This document shows positions 1 through 28,356 of a DNA stretch of 64,000 nt, piece by piece (the stretch's first letter is position 1; every line of letters starts with the position of its first letter). The DNA lies in assembly GCF_009914755.1 (NCBI RefSeq), contig NC_060936.1; one strand, given 5' to 3'. Source of the DNA: the human T2T-CHM13v2.0 reference genome, Homo sapiens. Both the position numbers and the translations under genes were made by a program. A model generated the notes under the pieces. It saw only the letters and a program-made list of their open reading frames with translations, did no database searches and had not been told where the DNA came from.

Positions 1-852
<852 letters not shown>

Positions 853-1189
853 TAGTACCTTTGATGTACATGGTCCCCTTATAGCTAATGTCATTGCGGA
901 TTTTGATCATTGACATAAATCTTTTGGCTTTCAATATACAGTATCCCAAATGTTGGGGTTTGTTGTTCTATACACTGTCAGTTGTAAGTATTGACTTCAA
1001 CTGTCAACTGACAGACAATATTTGCTGTTTGACAATGGAGTCTGCATAATTTCTAAAGAGAATCTTTATAAACAAGAAGCCAAGGGGCCCTTGCCCTCTG
1101 AAAACTACTGTACTAACTTTATTGGATTGGGGACTGATTCTTTGTTAGCCCCCTAAATTCAGTAAAGGCCTCCTCTCCCTAACACATTT

Positions 1190-1910
<721 letters not shown>

Positions 1911-2105
1911 TAACAACCTCAAACTAAACTGGCACACTTAAGTAGTAGAAGGTAAACTACAAATATCTTGAGAATCAGAAAAAAAAAAAAAAGCCTGGTC
2001 CATGAATAGAGAAAAATTTCTGTCCAACTTGGAGACTGTTAGGAGGGCACTGAGGGGAGGGTGTCTTTTTGCACCAATTACTGATACCTAAAGGATAAAA
2101 GAGCT

Positions 2106-3101
<996 letters not shown>

Positions 3102-4159
3102 TTATTCACCAAGGAATGCAAACCATCTTGTTTTACATTTTTTAATTTTACCATTGAATCCATTTGCATGGCACTGTTACAAAGCATTTGAAAAACACAT
3201 TCCAAAGCAGAACTCATTGGAAGCAAGGTCACTGGCCTCAAAATTTAGTGTCCAGTCGGGCCTTGCACCTGGTGGGAACTCGGCAAGTATATCAAACAGA
3301 CCTGGATGCCTGAAAAGGTCCTGAAAGGAGAGACAGAGCCTCAGTTCTGCTCAGTCATGAGGCTCATTGTCAAAATTACCAAGAGTAGAGGTGAAAAAGT
3401 AGAGGATAGAGACGGTAATGAATAAATCCTAAAATGGCAACACTGAGAAGTCTAAAATGAATATGAACTGAGGGCTCCACACAGAGATGCTCGGGAATTT
3501 TCATAGCTAGAGACGAAGCAACCACAGGCTATCACTGTGAGAAGCCCACAGTGAGACTCAGCCTTAAAGATGGTGAGCATTTACTTTCCTCACCATTCTA
3601 CACAAATGGAAGTTATTATGCATGCCTGTCCCTGTCTCCCCTGAGGGGTAGGGTTTCTAGATTCCTAAAACTCTGAGGTGGTGTTTTTGTTGTTGCCAGG
3701 TGGGGACCGAGGGCAAAAAGCAATTGCTGAAGCGATTAGGTCCAGATTAAGTGTAGCTTTGTGGGCAAGGCTGAGACCTTGAATCCTATCCTTTGGCAGA
3801 TCAGCAAACGCGGTGGTTCACTGAGGGCAGGGATAATTGATTCTCTTGCTACTGGTGGAGGAAGTAAAGGAGCAGCTGGGGTTTGCAACTGTTGGGGCAG
3901 ATCAATTTCAAAAGAGGCCTGGTTAGAGGAAACCTGTTGCAGGAGCCAGGCTGGGAGACAAAGGCGTGGGTGACCACACCAATGCCCCGTGGGAGGCCCT
4001 GGGTGACATTTTGCCTGAACATAAGAGGATGATAGTTACACCCTGGTTCCTGGCCCTGCCTTTATCAGTCACAGTCACAGCAGCAACTCTCTTACCTGAA
4101 CAAGTGCAGATACAAAGGAATGGAAGGAATCTCCTACCTGGGGGTCACAAACAAATACC

Positions 4160-4430
4160 ATACCCATCATCTCCTCTGGTTCCTGGGCACACAGCTACAT
4201 TCTCTTCCCCAGCCTCCCTTGTGTTAAGTGTGGCCAGTAACTGTGTTCCAGCCAATGAAATGTGAGTGGAAATGCTGCTGGCCACTCTCAGCCCTGGCCC
4301 CTCAAACCTCTCCTGCACAATCGTTATTCTCTCTCCTCTCCACTGACCGAACAGAGACATCTTTGGGAAACTAACAGTGACACAGCCATGAGGTGGAAGG
4401 AGCCTGGCCCTGAGTGACGGCTCAGCCACA
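4160..4430 (+). mobile_element. Ancient MaLR/ERVL LTR fragment (MLT1J/LTR16-like)
   Basis: CCCAGCCTCCCTTG...TGTGGCC...CCAATGAAATGTGAGTGGAA and GGAAGGAGCCTGG motifs. Confidence 0.55.
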
Positions 4431-4829
4431 GTGGGCTACAGCATGAAGACTAGGATTTTGGGATTCCCTACGACAGTTGACATGCCCTGAATAATACACT
4501 TTGGAACTGCAACTGCTAACGTCCTGTTCCCTGATAAGAGTCTCACAAGTCGCACTGATGGAGCTACTGGCCTGGGAGATGTGGCTCCACACACCAGAGC
4601 TGCCTCTGCAGAGCGTGCACTGCTGGGCTGTGGGGTGTCCACATCTGTCCCTGCTGCCCAGGCAGGCGTAATGGGAGACACAGCCTTTCCATCGGGCAGG
4701 GTGAAGCTACTGCTGTTGCTCTAACTCGAGTTGGAGGCTGGATAGAAGAGAGTGTTTACATAGACCCCCACATCTTTCTCCTCACATCCTGAGGCATGCA
4801 TGTGTCCGTGGTGTCTGTGTTTGCTTGTT

Positions 4830-8058
<3,229 letters not shown>

Positions 8059-8968
8059 GAATGATAGTTTGTCTCCAAGCTTGCCCAGGTTGGTGCATTA
8101 TAATGACACACTGCAGATGCCAGGCCCTGCGATCCTTAGACAAAGAAGAGGGGCTGTCGCTTTTTCAGGACATGGACTTCAGAGAATCATGAGGCTACCT
8201 GGCCACAGGAAACGAGAACATGATCCTCAAACCCACACCAGTGAGCACAATCAGGAAGCCTTGTTATGACCTGGCAGCAAAGGAGAAAGTGGGTTCAGTG
8301 ACATCTGTCTGGAGATGTGCTGGGCTGGGCTGAGGCTTCAGCACACATAAGCTTCCTGATCATTCAGCATTCTCCTTTGTACTTTTTTTTCTTTAAGACA
8401 CCTGTGTTTTTTGGCTGCCATGGGGGTGGGAGGAAGCCAAGCTTGGCAGCCTCTTCTGATCTGGTGTTAACAGCACCATACAGTAATTTCCAGCAATTAT
8501 CTCCCTATCGTAAAAGTTCTGCAGAGAGATTCGTGACACTTTTTTTTTGTGCTGTTCCAATGCATACATTTAAATGGGGAACAAATTCTGTCCATATGGT
8601 GTCTCCTCTCTCTTCCCAGGTTCCCAAGTGCTTGGCCATGCCCAGCTATGAGTTGCTGCATACACAAAGTAAGGCTTGCTGGTATAGACAGTGGGGACAA
8701 GCAGTGATTTTGGGATTCTGCTGGTGCCAGAATCACTTACTTTATTCTCTTCTTTCTGATAGCTGGAGGACAAAGGGCCTTCCACCAATCCTAGAATTCA
8801 TAGGTTATGACGTTCATAAGCTACTCCTTACCTGGGATTAGACCTAGTTACCTGGTTAATTCCTCCCATGGCTTCATGAACTTTGCCTTCATGGCACTGA
8901 TCACAGTTTGTAATTGTAGACTTGTGTGTGTGTGTGTGTGTGATTATTTATGTCTTCTTATTAGACTA

Positions 8969-9362
8969 TGCTATGAGCTGAATCGTGTTCCCCCAAAATT
9001 TATATGTTGAAACCCTAACACCTAATGTAGATAATTCGGGAGAGAAATCTTTGGGAGACAATTCGATTTAGATGAGCCCATGAGGCTGGGGACCTTCATG
9101 ATAGGATTAGTGCCCTTGTAAGATGAGACACCAGAGAGCTTGCTGTCACTGGCATGCTCTGTCTCCCTCTTTGTCTGCCATATAAAGACACAGTGAGAAG
9201 GTAGCCTTCTGCAAGCCAGGAGGAAAGCCCTCACCAGAACTTGACCATGCTGGTACCCTGATCTTGGACTTTCAGCCTACAGAGCTGGGAGGCAATAACT
9301 TTCTGTTGTTTAAGCCATCAGTGTATGGTATTTTGTTATGGCAGCCTGAGCAGATGAATACA
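8969..9362 (+). mobile_element. MLT1A-like MaLR solo LTR
   Basis: TG...CA ends; CCCCAAAATTTATATGTTGAAACCCTAA, GATTAGTGCCCTT, CTGTTGTTTAAGCCA...TATTTTGTTATGGCAGCC. Confidence 0.85.
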
Positions 9363-9714
9363 GACAGTAAATTTTATGAGAACACAAGCCACATCTGTTC
9401 TGCACATCACTGAACCCCAGCACCAAGCACAGAGCTCGGCATATGATAGGGCCCAATAAATATTTACTAAATTAATGAAAGAGTGAATAAATGTACGAAC
9501 GAAGCTTGAAGAAATCACAGAAAGTAAGTCTAGTGTCTTTACTTAATAGATGAAGAAACAGAGGTTACATTTCCAACTTGTCCAAGTCTATGAAGCTTGT
9601 TTTTTTGTTTCACATATATAAAGACAGATTGAATGTGTCAATTCCAAACCATTAATTGAACATCTATTTTTGTTATGTTAGAGAATTCAAAGGTCGATAA
9701 AATGCAATTTCTTT

Positions 9715-10150
<436 letters not shown>

Positions 10151-10384
10151 CTAAACAGCAGTTTAGGCAGTTAAGATAAACAGTAGTGATTATTCATTAA
10201 GTGCTTACTAATACATTATTTTATTTCATGTTTACAACAATCCAATGGAATAGATCATATTATCCCCATTTAACAAATATGAAAAGGCAAACTCAGAGGT
10301 AGTGTTGCTAAATTGTATTAAGCTTTTACTAGGTGCCACAATTGTTCTACATGTTTTACCTCCATTTATAAATTCATTTAATGC

Positions 10385-10729
10385 CCCAGGCTTGACTAGG
10401 GAAGGATCCACTTCCAAACTCAGTCATGTGTATTTATTGGTCTCAGGTCCCATTGGCTGTTGGACAGAGACAGTTCCTTGCTATTTGGGCCTCTCCAAAG
10501 CAGCCTTCACAACATGGCAGCTTGCTTTCCCTGGAGGAAGGGCTGAGAAAGATTGAAGTTTAAATCTTTGTAACCTAACCTCAGCAATGACTTTTCATAT
10601 CACCATGGCCATTTTCTATTCATTAGAAGCAAGTCACTAGATCCAGCCCCCACTCAAAAGTAAGGATTAGACAGGGTGTCAACAGCAGGAGTCAGGGATC
10701 ACAGATCACCCCACAGGCTGCCCACCACA
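10385..10729 (-). mobile_element. Old MLT1 LTR fragment
   Basis: GGATCCACTTCCAA...CACAACATGGCAGCTTGCTT...GGCTGCCCACCACA motifs. Confidence 0.6.
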
Positions 10730-11239
10730 GCAAGGTTACTTTAATAATTCAAAATCAATCTATGTAATGTGTCATATTAATAGTACAAAGGAGAAAAATA
10801 TGATCACCTCAATAGATTAAAAAAATATTTGGGCCAGGCACAGTGGCTTACTCCTGTAATCCTAGCAGTTTGGGAGGCCGAGGTGGGCGGATCACTTGAG
10901 GTCAGGAGTTCAAGACCAACCTGGCCAACATGGTGAAAGCCTGCCTCTACTAAAAAAAAAAAAATACAAAAATTAGCCGGGTGTGATGGCTGGGGCTTGT
11001 AGTCCCAGCTACTCAGGAGCCTGAGGCAGGAGAATGGCTTGAACCTGGGAGACGGAGGTTGCAGTGAGCCAAGATCATGCTGTTGCACTCCAGCCTGGGC
11101 GACAGAGCGAGACTCTGTCTTAAAAAAAAAAAAAAAGAAATATTTGATAAAATTTAATATCCACTGATGATAAAAATCCTTAGCAAACTAGAAATGGGAG
11201 CAATTGTTCTTATTCTGGAAATAAGATATAAAATAACAT

Positions 11240-11735
11240 ATAGTAGATTGCACTTCTTTGCCCCTCCTGTTTCACACCTTTTGCTATATAATTTTGCAAT
11301 GCCCTCAATCATGGGCAAAGTTACCCTTGACTCTGGACTCAGGCATATGACTTGCTTTGGCCAGTGGGATATTGGCATATGTGATGCAAGTAAAAATTTG
11401 AAATGAGCTTGCCTACTGGGGTTTGCTTTTTTGTTCTTCTACTCTTTACCATGAAAAGAACCTGCCTAAGCTGCTCCTTCTGGTTCCAGGAAGAAGATAT
11501 GAAATGCGTAGAACATGAGTTCTCCAGCTAAGGTACTCAGTCAAGCCTAGCTGAGAACAGAGCTCCTAGCTGAGCTGCAGATGCATGCATGAGCTCAGCC
11601 AAGACCAGCAGAGTGATCTAGCTAAGCATAGCCCAGATCACCTGATTGCCACATATGTGTAAGACATAAGTATCTATTGTTATATATCACTGGCTTTGTG
11701 GTTCTTTTGTTATCCAACAAAAGCTAATTGATACA
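11240..11735 (+). mobile_element. MLT1H/I-like MaLR LTR inside L1M
   Basis: CATATGACTTGCTTTGGCCAGTGGG ... ends AAAGCTAATTGATACA. Confidence 0.65.
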
Positions 11736-12475
11736 GGTTATCTACAAAAATACCTCAGCAAGTATCAACTTAATGATGAAATGCTAAAAGCTTTCCTCTG
11801 AAACTGGAAACTTGCTAAGTTTGCCTGCTACCACTTCTATTTGACCTTGAATGGATACCTTAGCCAATGCAATAAGGCAAGAAAAAGAAATAACAGAAAT
11901 AAGGATAAAAAAAGAAAGAAAGCTGTCATTTATGTACATAGCAAATCCTAAAGAACCTTCAGATCAAGTTTTGGAATTTTATCTAGGTCACTGAATTCAA
12001 ATCAACACACATAAACCAATTGTATGTTCTATATACCAGTAACAAAAATAATTGTAAACTGAAATGTTTAAATATAACATCTGGCTGGGCGTGGTGGCTC
12101 ATGCCTATAATCCCAGCGCTTTGGGAGGCCAAGGCGGGCAGATCATGAGGTCAGGAGATCGAAACCATCCTGGCTAACACAGTCAAACCCCGTCTCTACT
12201 AAAAATACAAAAAATTAGCCAGGCGTGGTGGTGGACACCTGTAGTCCCAGCTACTCGGGAGGCTGAGGTAGGAGGATCACTTAACGCCAGGAGTTCAAGG
12301 CTGTAATGCAGTATAAGCGTGCCTGAGGATGGCCACTGCACTCCAGCCCGGGCAACCTCACCTCTGTTTGTTTTTTCAATCAAATATCTAGGAATAAAAC
12401 AAATGAAAGATTTTCAACATCTCCATATAGAAGACTATTATGAAAAACTAAAGATTTTTTTAAAAGAGAGAGAAA

Positions 12476-12572
12476 GCCAAATGATGCTTATTTGACTCTG
12501 GTGCACTTCAGTGTAAGGATGATTTATAATCTGTCACTCATGATTGAAGGCCTTGGAAAAAGAAAAAAAAAA
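12476..12572 (+). pseudogene. Retroposed C/D-box snoRNA copy, SNORD117/U83-like, with poly(A) tail
   Basis: GCCAAATGATGCTTATTTGA...TCACTCATGATTGAAGGCC is collinear with recalled SNORD117; C box ATGATG at 12481; D box decayed to TTGA (12544-12547); GCC/GGC terminal stem; A-rich tail 12557-12572. Confidence 0.75.
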
Positions 12573-12719
12573 CAGGAGTTACATCATATTCATGATTGGA
12601 AGACTCCATATGTCAATATTCGATTGTGAATTGTAAATATGTCAATTGTCCCCAAATTTATCTCCTTGGTACATTCTGAAAATTCTCGACAGATTTTTTT
12701 TTTTTTTTTTTCTTTTTGA

Positions 12720-12970
<251 letters not shown>

Positions 12971-13352
12971 TAAACCAATATAATTAAGACTGTGATTTTG
13001 GCTCAAAAATAAACAAACCAAAGGAACAGAACTGAGGGCCTAGAAACAGACTGACACATTTATGGATGCTTAATTTATGACAAACGTGGTGCCCTTGAAT
13101 GGTCTTTTTAATAAATCCTTCTGGAAAGGTTGAATATCTATGGAAGGAAGGAAGAATCTTGACCCTTATCTTACTGTATACATAAAAAATCAACTCCAAT
13201 TGAATTATATGTAAATCTAAATGTGAAAACTAAAACAATAAAGATTCTAGAGGATATCACAAGAGAATATCTCTAAGATCTTGGGGGTAGGAAAAGATTT
13301 ATTAAACAGGACACAAAAACCACTAATTACAAAGGAAGTAACTGATACATAG

Positions 13353-13407
13353 ACCAGGGATTGGCAAACTACAGCCCTCAGGTCAAATCTGGCCACCTGT
13401 TTTTGTT
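13353..13407 (+). mobile_element. MER58-like hAT fragment
   Basis: CAGGGATTGGCAAACTACAGCCC...CAAATCTGGCC. Confidence 0.6.
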
Positions 13408-16929
<3,522 letters not shown>

Positions 16930-17169
16930 TTTTTGTGTTTTGATTCTTCTGATCTGTGCCCCACTTAGGTCCCATAGAATCACAAACTCTCAAGTTTGGA
17001 AAGAACTTTCAAGGGTATTTCTGGTATATTATTCACACTTTGGATTACAACCCATTAGTAGATTATGAAACCAGTGAACTGAGTTATAAGAAGCTTAAAA
17101 AAAGAATAAAATAAAATTGCACATGGTAAAGGTAAAGGTAGCAGTTAGCAAAACTTTCATTTTAATTAT

Positions 17170-17385
17170 TATATTCATTTTCTAGAACTGCCATAACAAA
17201 GTTCCACAAACTCGGTGGCTTAAATCAACAGAGCCGGCACAGTGGTTCACACCTGTAGTCCCAGATTCCTGGGAGGCTGGGGTGGGAAGATGCTTTGAGT
17301 CCAGGAGATCGAGGCTGCAGTGAGCTATGATCATGACACTGCACTCCATCCTGGGGGATAGAATGAGACCTTGTCTCTTTTTTAG

Positions 17386-17431
<46 letters not shown>

Positions 17432-17810
17432 CCACACAGATAAATTTATTCTGTCATGATTCTGGAGTCTAGAAGCCCAAATCAAGGTGTCAATAAGGCC
17501 GTGCAACTCTGGGTAGAATCCTTCCTTGACTCTTCACCTGCAATCCTTGGCATCCCTGGCTTGCAGCTGTATCATTCCAATCTCTGCCTTTGTCACATGG
17601 TATTCTCTTGTCTGTGTGTGTCTGTGTCCAAACTTCCCTCTTCCTATAAGGATATCAATTGTACTAGATTAGAGTCCATCCTACTGACCTCATCTTAACT
17701 TGTTTATATCTGCAAAGATCCTATTTCCAAATAAGTCACAACCACACGTACCAGGGGTTAAGACTTCATATCTTTTGGGGGTAGGGATTCAACTCATTCA
17801 ACCTGTAACA
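17170..17810 (-). mobile_element. MLT1B/C-like LTR interrupted by an Alu monomer and (CA)n
   Basis: CTGCCATAACAAAGTTCCACAAACT...GGCTTAAA, ATCTGCAAAGATCCTATTTCCAAATAAG, ATTCAACCTGTAACA. Confidence 0.75.
17391..17430. repeat. (CA)20 microsatellite
   Basis: Perfect dinucleotide run. Confidence 0.98.
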
Positions 17811-18261
17811 TATATATATATATTTACATGTATCTACTTACACATTTATACATCATATATATTTACATATATATGTAAAACCTATGTATTGAATCACAAT
17901 GCAAAAATGTGTTTAACATTACTGTGGTAAAAAAAAAAAAGAGAGAGAGAGAGCTTATAAACACTGATTTAAGCTAAGCACTCATCCAGTTCTTCATTTC
18001 TTTTGGTAATAACTTGACGATAGTAGTTCTGCCTACACTGAGCCCACTGACAGGTGACTATCTCTGTAGATTCCCCAGGGTTTGGACAATTCTGACTGTT
18101 GGCAGGGCTATCAGAGAAGAATTTATTAGAACTCTACACGTAGCTTATAAGGGACCTAGCTGAGCAACTTAAAACATCAGGTTAGTTTGTAGCAGCAGTG
18201 GTTACAGGTAAAGTGCTCTTTTGAAACAAAATATAATACAACTTGAAAGTAGTCATGCTTT

Positions 18262-20548
<2,287 letters not shown>

Positions 20549-21562
20549 CTAACAATCCTTACTGTATTCAACTAAAAGAAACCAAGGATCTTGGTGGTGG
20601 AATTTGCTTGACTTCTTGTCCTCCAATCACGTCCACTTCCTGTTTTCTTTTAAAGTTCACTGACAAGATCTTATTTTATGTGACAAATATGTTCGGTTTA
20701 TCTGTGCTATCAATTTCTGATAAACGTACATTTTAATCTGTCAGCCAGTGTTCCAGGCACTAATGCTGCTTAAATGTAGCTGCACAGCTCTTACCCAGAA
20801 ATGGTGCCGTCCAGCTAAAATCATACATTCAGGCAGCTGATTACAGACACTGACCTTGAGCTCCATTCCTGTGCGGTAATCCAAACCATCTGCACTCAAC
20901 AACAATTAAAACCTTCAGATCTCTCAGGCGTTTCCTTCCTCTGATTATAACTTATGAGCTGCAGCAAAACTCAGAAAGAAACAGAATTAAAAAGACCAGG
21001 CTTTGATGCCAGCTTGATTTCTGCAGGGCAGTTCTCAACAGAGAAATCTCCACTTTATGGAACAGCTCCTTCCTCAGCTGAAATGCAGGCACCTAACATC
21101 TAACAAACCTTGAACATTTAATTATGCTGATTCTTTCTTTTGCCCAGAGGGGAAGAGGGACCTTTCATTTCTGGAGCCAGAGTCAGGCAAAACAATGAGG
21201 TAGTTTGTCCTGGAGATCTCCTATCACCCTTGTTTTCCATACCTCCCTCTTTGTCTCTCTCATCCACTTTTTATACCCTTAAAGGTCTTGCTGCCTTCTA
21301 CAAAAGAGGTCCAGGCTATGAAAAAAAAAAAAAAAAAAAAAGCTAAAGAAAGTCAGTGCTCTATTTCTGAACTACTCTATTTCTGATCTCCTTTCTCTCC
21401 CTTCAGATATCCTACATCTTCATGACTGTGTCCTTTCCTATGAATTCCAAAGGAAATGCACGCAAACAAATACATTCAGCCAAAGTGTCTAAGAAAGACA
21501 TAACGGTCACCCTTGGGAGGTGGAGGTGAGGAGTGGTTAGGGAGAGGCCTCACAGAGAATAG

Positions 21563-22128
<566 letters not shown>

Positions 22129-22344
22129 CAGAAGGATTCTTGGAACTGAGACTCTCCAGCAGGAGGGAGGCTGACGACCTAGGGTCACCAAAGGGGATTT
22201 CTTGGGCAATCATTGAAAAATCCAAGACCATAAAGATTTCTCTCCCTGACTGGGCACCAGGCTAGGGAGAGAACTTTGGGAATATAGTACATTGTTTTCA
22301 GCACTATGATTTGACACAATAGCTCCTAACTCAGATGCCAATGA

Positions 22345-22732
<388 letters not shown>

Positions 22733-22935
22733 TAACAATTGTTATAGTAGAGAGTCTCTACAAAAACATTTACATTCATAGTGTCCCTTGGTTCTCTTTA
22801 GAATCTCCTGAACTAAGCATTTTCATTCTCTTAAAAAACCAGAAAGGAGACCATGCGTGGTGGGCCAGGCACGGTGGCTCACGCCTGTAATCCCAGCACT
22901 TTGGGAGGGGGAGGTGGGTGGATCACCTGAAGTCA

Positions 22936-23160
<225 letters not shown>

Positions 23161-23420
23161 TTAGCTGGGCATGGTGGTATGCACCCGTAGTCCCACCTAC
23201 TCAGGAGGTTGACACACGAGAATCACTTAAACCTGGGAGGCAGAGGTTGCAGTGAACTGAGATTGTGCGACTGCACTCCAGCCCAAGCAACAGAGCAAGA
23301 CTCCTTCTCAGAAAAAAAAAAAAAAAAAAAAAAAAGACTAAAAAGTAAAAATCCCCCATAAATTCATTCTCCAGAGATAGTCACTGATTTATATTACAAG
23401 TATTATTATTATTATCCTCA

Positions 23421-23786
<366 letters not shown>

Positions 23787-23834
23787 TCAGCTCATAAGTC
23801 AAATGCTCTATCTCCAAGTTGATATGTTCTTTAA

Positions 23835-24191
<357 letters not shown>

Positions 24192-26049
24192 TAATTTGTG
24201 AAGTGGTAGTAGTTGCATGTGTATGTGGTTCTTAAATTTTTCTTTTCCCTAAGAAAAAAAGCTAAGAGTTTGAGAACAACCTAATTTGGCTGTTTCATCT
24301 ACAAGACTGTTATGCTGCCTGGCCAGAGTATTTCCAAGTGGAATGTAAAATACATCATTTAATTTAAAAGACCTTGGTTTTAAGAGTGGGTCACGATTCA
24401 CAGGATTAATGAGTCTGAAGCCTGGAGGTGTCGCCGTCTTCCTCTCTTTTTCACTTGCGAGGTCAGGGACATATGCATCCAATGCAGAGGGTGGTGTTTT
24501 GTGGGCATTTGCCTGGCTGTTAAGCTTCCACAGTTGTGGCTTCTATACTAGGATGCAAGGTCCTGGTTGTTTTTTATGATTCCCACCACTTCCAGCGAGT
24601 AACTGTTTGAAGAAAATAGAAACTGTAGGACTTCTATTTTTGTCCTAGTTTAAAATACTGCAACACAGACAATGATATCTCAACCCACGATTTTTTCCAA
24701 GATTATACCATTTGGTAGTTCCATGGTATTAACTAAATGAACACCACCCCCAGCTGCATCTTTAAGTTTCTATATTTACCAAAGTACATTTATGTGCTAA
24801 ATTAGTTTATCAGGAAAGAGCGAGTTATTCCAAGTTTCGCTCAAATGGTTACTGAGAATAAGAAGGAATAATATCATAGGGAATCATTCTTTACATCCCC
24901 CCACAACCTTTTTTTTTGAGACATGGTCTCTGTCACCCAGGCTGGAGTGCAGTGGCACCATCTCAGCTCATTGCAATCTCCACCTACTTGGCTTAAGCGA
25001 TCCTCCCACCTCAGCCTCCTGAGTAATACATTTTGCCTTTTGCTCTGGGGATGAATGAAAGATTAGAAAAGTGAATTCTTGAATTGTCTAGTCAACTGTA
25101 CATTTTGTAGGCCATTTCTGCATGATACAGAATTGCTGAGGGCTATACAAAAACACTATTAATAATATTCATTATTACAGATTAAAAACTGGCATAGAAG
25201 CCTTTAAAATACCTTTTTTTCTGCTGGGCGTGGTGGCTCATGCCTGTAATCCCAGCATTTACAGAGGCAGAAGCAGGAGGATAGCTTAAGCCAGACCCAC
25301 CTGGGGAATATAGCAAGACTTTGTTCTGCACAAAAAGGAAAAAAAAAGATATCTTTTTTCTTATGATAAATGTATATAATAAATAAAATATATCTATTAT
25401 TAAAAATTCATTAAATGTAGGAAAGCATTTTTTAAATGTTTAAACAACACATACTCCCACTAGGCTAAAATTATATTCATAAACAATATGGTATATTTCC
25501 ATCTGGCCTTTTCTCTTTGCATTAGTTATCTTTAAATAAAATTGGAATCACTCTGTATATTTAGTTTTATATTCTACTTTCTGACTTAATATTAAATAAT
25601 GAGCATTTCTCCGTGGTTTTAAGTAAGATGACTTTTTCCATCCACTTGAGTGGGAATTTTTTTTAAAGATGACTTTAATGTCTATATAATAGAAACACAT
25701 AAAGACCCTCTTTATGTAACTTTTAATGTGATTGAATCTTTTTAACGGAGTCAAAATGCATATCTTCTAATTCCTATAATTTTTCACGTGACTTCTTTTT
25801 GTTTCTGATTCGCAAAAGCTGTCATGACCCAAATTATAAGAAAACCTGAAGGAAACACTGCCTTTTGAAAAATAAAACAAAGTATTCAAATAACACCAAA
25901 TATGCTACATAAATCAAAGAACAAGAGCCACCTGGGAATTTAATGTGGCAGCCAACTCTCTTTTTCACATTAAAAATGTCAGCATAGGCCAGGCGCAGTG
26001 GCTCACGCCTATAATCCCAGCACTTTGGGAGGCTGAGGCGGGTAGATTA

Positions 26050-26292
<243 letters not shown>

Positions 26293-26517
26293 TCAGCATA
26301 ATCAAATAGTTAAAGATGACAGTCCACAATTAAAGACTAAAGATAGCCCTCCACATGCCAGTATTGCTTCCACAAGCTTGAGCATAATTTTAAAGCACTT
26401 AGCTGTGCTGTTTAAAATCAACAACTTTTTTTTTTTCCATAAAGAAAAGGTGTTTGGCCAAGTGCAGTGGCTCATACCTGTAATCCCAGTACCTTTGAGG
26501 CCAAGGCAGGAAGATCA

Positions 26518-26882
<365 letters not shown>

Positions 26883-27589
26883 TCAAAAAAAAAAAAAATT
26901 AAATTAGCCAGGTATGATGGTGTGCACCTGTAGTCTCAGCTATTCTGGAGGTTCAGGTAGGAGGATCACTTGAGCCTGGGAGGTCAAGGCTGTAATGAGC
27001 TGAGATGGAGCCACTGCACTCTGGCCTGGGTGACAAAAGACCCTGTCAAAAAAAAAAAAAATGGTGTTCAAGACTTAGGCTTGCCCTGTAACAATGTGTT
27101 CTGTAACTATTAAATGAACATTAACTTATAAGCTCAATCCTTCTCTATAGGAAGGAATGAGGCCAAGACAGTAAACATTAAAAACATTCAATAACCACTG
27201 TGTTCTACCATGTTTACTTTGTAGACATGAGCCCATGAACCTGACTTTCAAATAAAGGGGAAGAGACACCCTTCATTTTATTGTAGTGTTGACAAGGGAG
27301 AGAGATGAACACATATACACACAACACACATATGTGCACGCAAACATTTTTAAGTAGTTTTAGACTATTTATTACATGTGAAATTTAGGGTTTAAAGGTG
27401 ATCTTTCTAATATGTCTACTATTTAACCAGAGTGCTGGAGTAAAAGCTAAAATATGAATTCTAATCTCATCTCTTGATGTTAACTTCCTCTGTGGTCTGT
27501 ATATGATAGTTGGTAGCTGACTACCAACTATCCACTAGTACCTGATAGCCAGTTGGCTGATAGGAAACCCTGGTCTCAGTAGTAGGTCA

Positions 27590-27755
27590 GCTGTGAGCAT
27601 GGACCCATCACTTAACTTCACCAAGACTCAGTTTCTCATCTGTGAAGTGGCAGTAATTACAGACCCTTTAGGTAACAGTGGGATAACTAGGTGAGAAAGT
27701 GCTGTGAGCATTTAAAAGAGCATCAGCCAAGACACAGCAAACTATTATTATTGTA
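27590..27755 (+). mobile_element. MIR
   Basis: CACTTAACTTC...CTCAGTTTCTCATCTGTGAAGTGG core. Confidence 0.65.
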
Positions 27756-28185
27756 CTCCGGTTATCTAATTTCTCCATGTAGAAATACAGCTATTAACTG
27801 AAATACCTCTCAATGACACAGCGAAACCTTATCTTTGAGAGTTTTTGTAGAGCTTTGAAGATGAAAGGATGCTAAGAGGTTTCTTCACATTAATTCTGGT
27901 CCCACCTGATTTTGTGTTAAATGACATGAGGGATGGTGATTGTGTTCTGGTGGAGTTATTAAAAGTGGGCAGCTGCTTCTTTTAAAACCTCTTATTATAG
28001 AAGTCAACCTGGCCGGGCGCAGTGGCTCACACCTGTAATCCCAGCACTTTGGGAGGCCGAGGCAGGCGGATCACGAGGTCAGGAGTTTGAGACCAGTCTG
28101 GCCAACATAGTGAAACGCCATCTCTACTAAAAATACAAAAAATTAGCCAGATGTGGTGGTGTGCACCAGTAATCCCAGCTACTCA

Positions 28186-28356
<171 letters not shown>

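Noticed and set aside
3533-3553. Inverted pair CACTGTG...CACAGTG resembling RAG RSS heptamers
   Set aside because: No ACAAAAACC-like nonamer at 12- or 23-bp spacing downstream of the forward heptamer; probably chance
8317-8841. 174-aa non-Alu ORF
   Set aside because: Non-ATG start, no recognisable homology or splice context; consistent with chance
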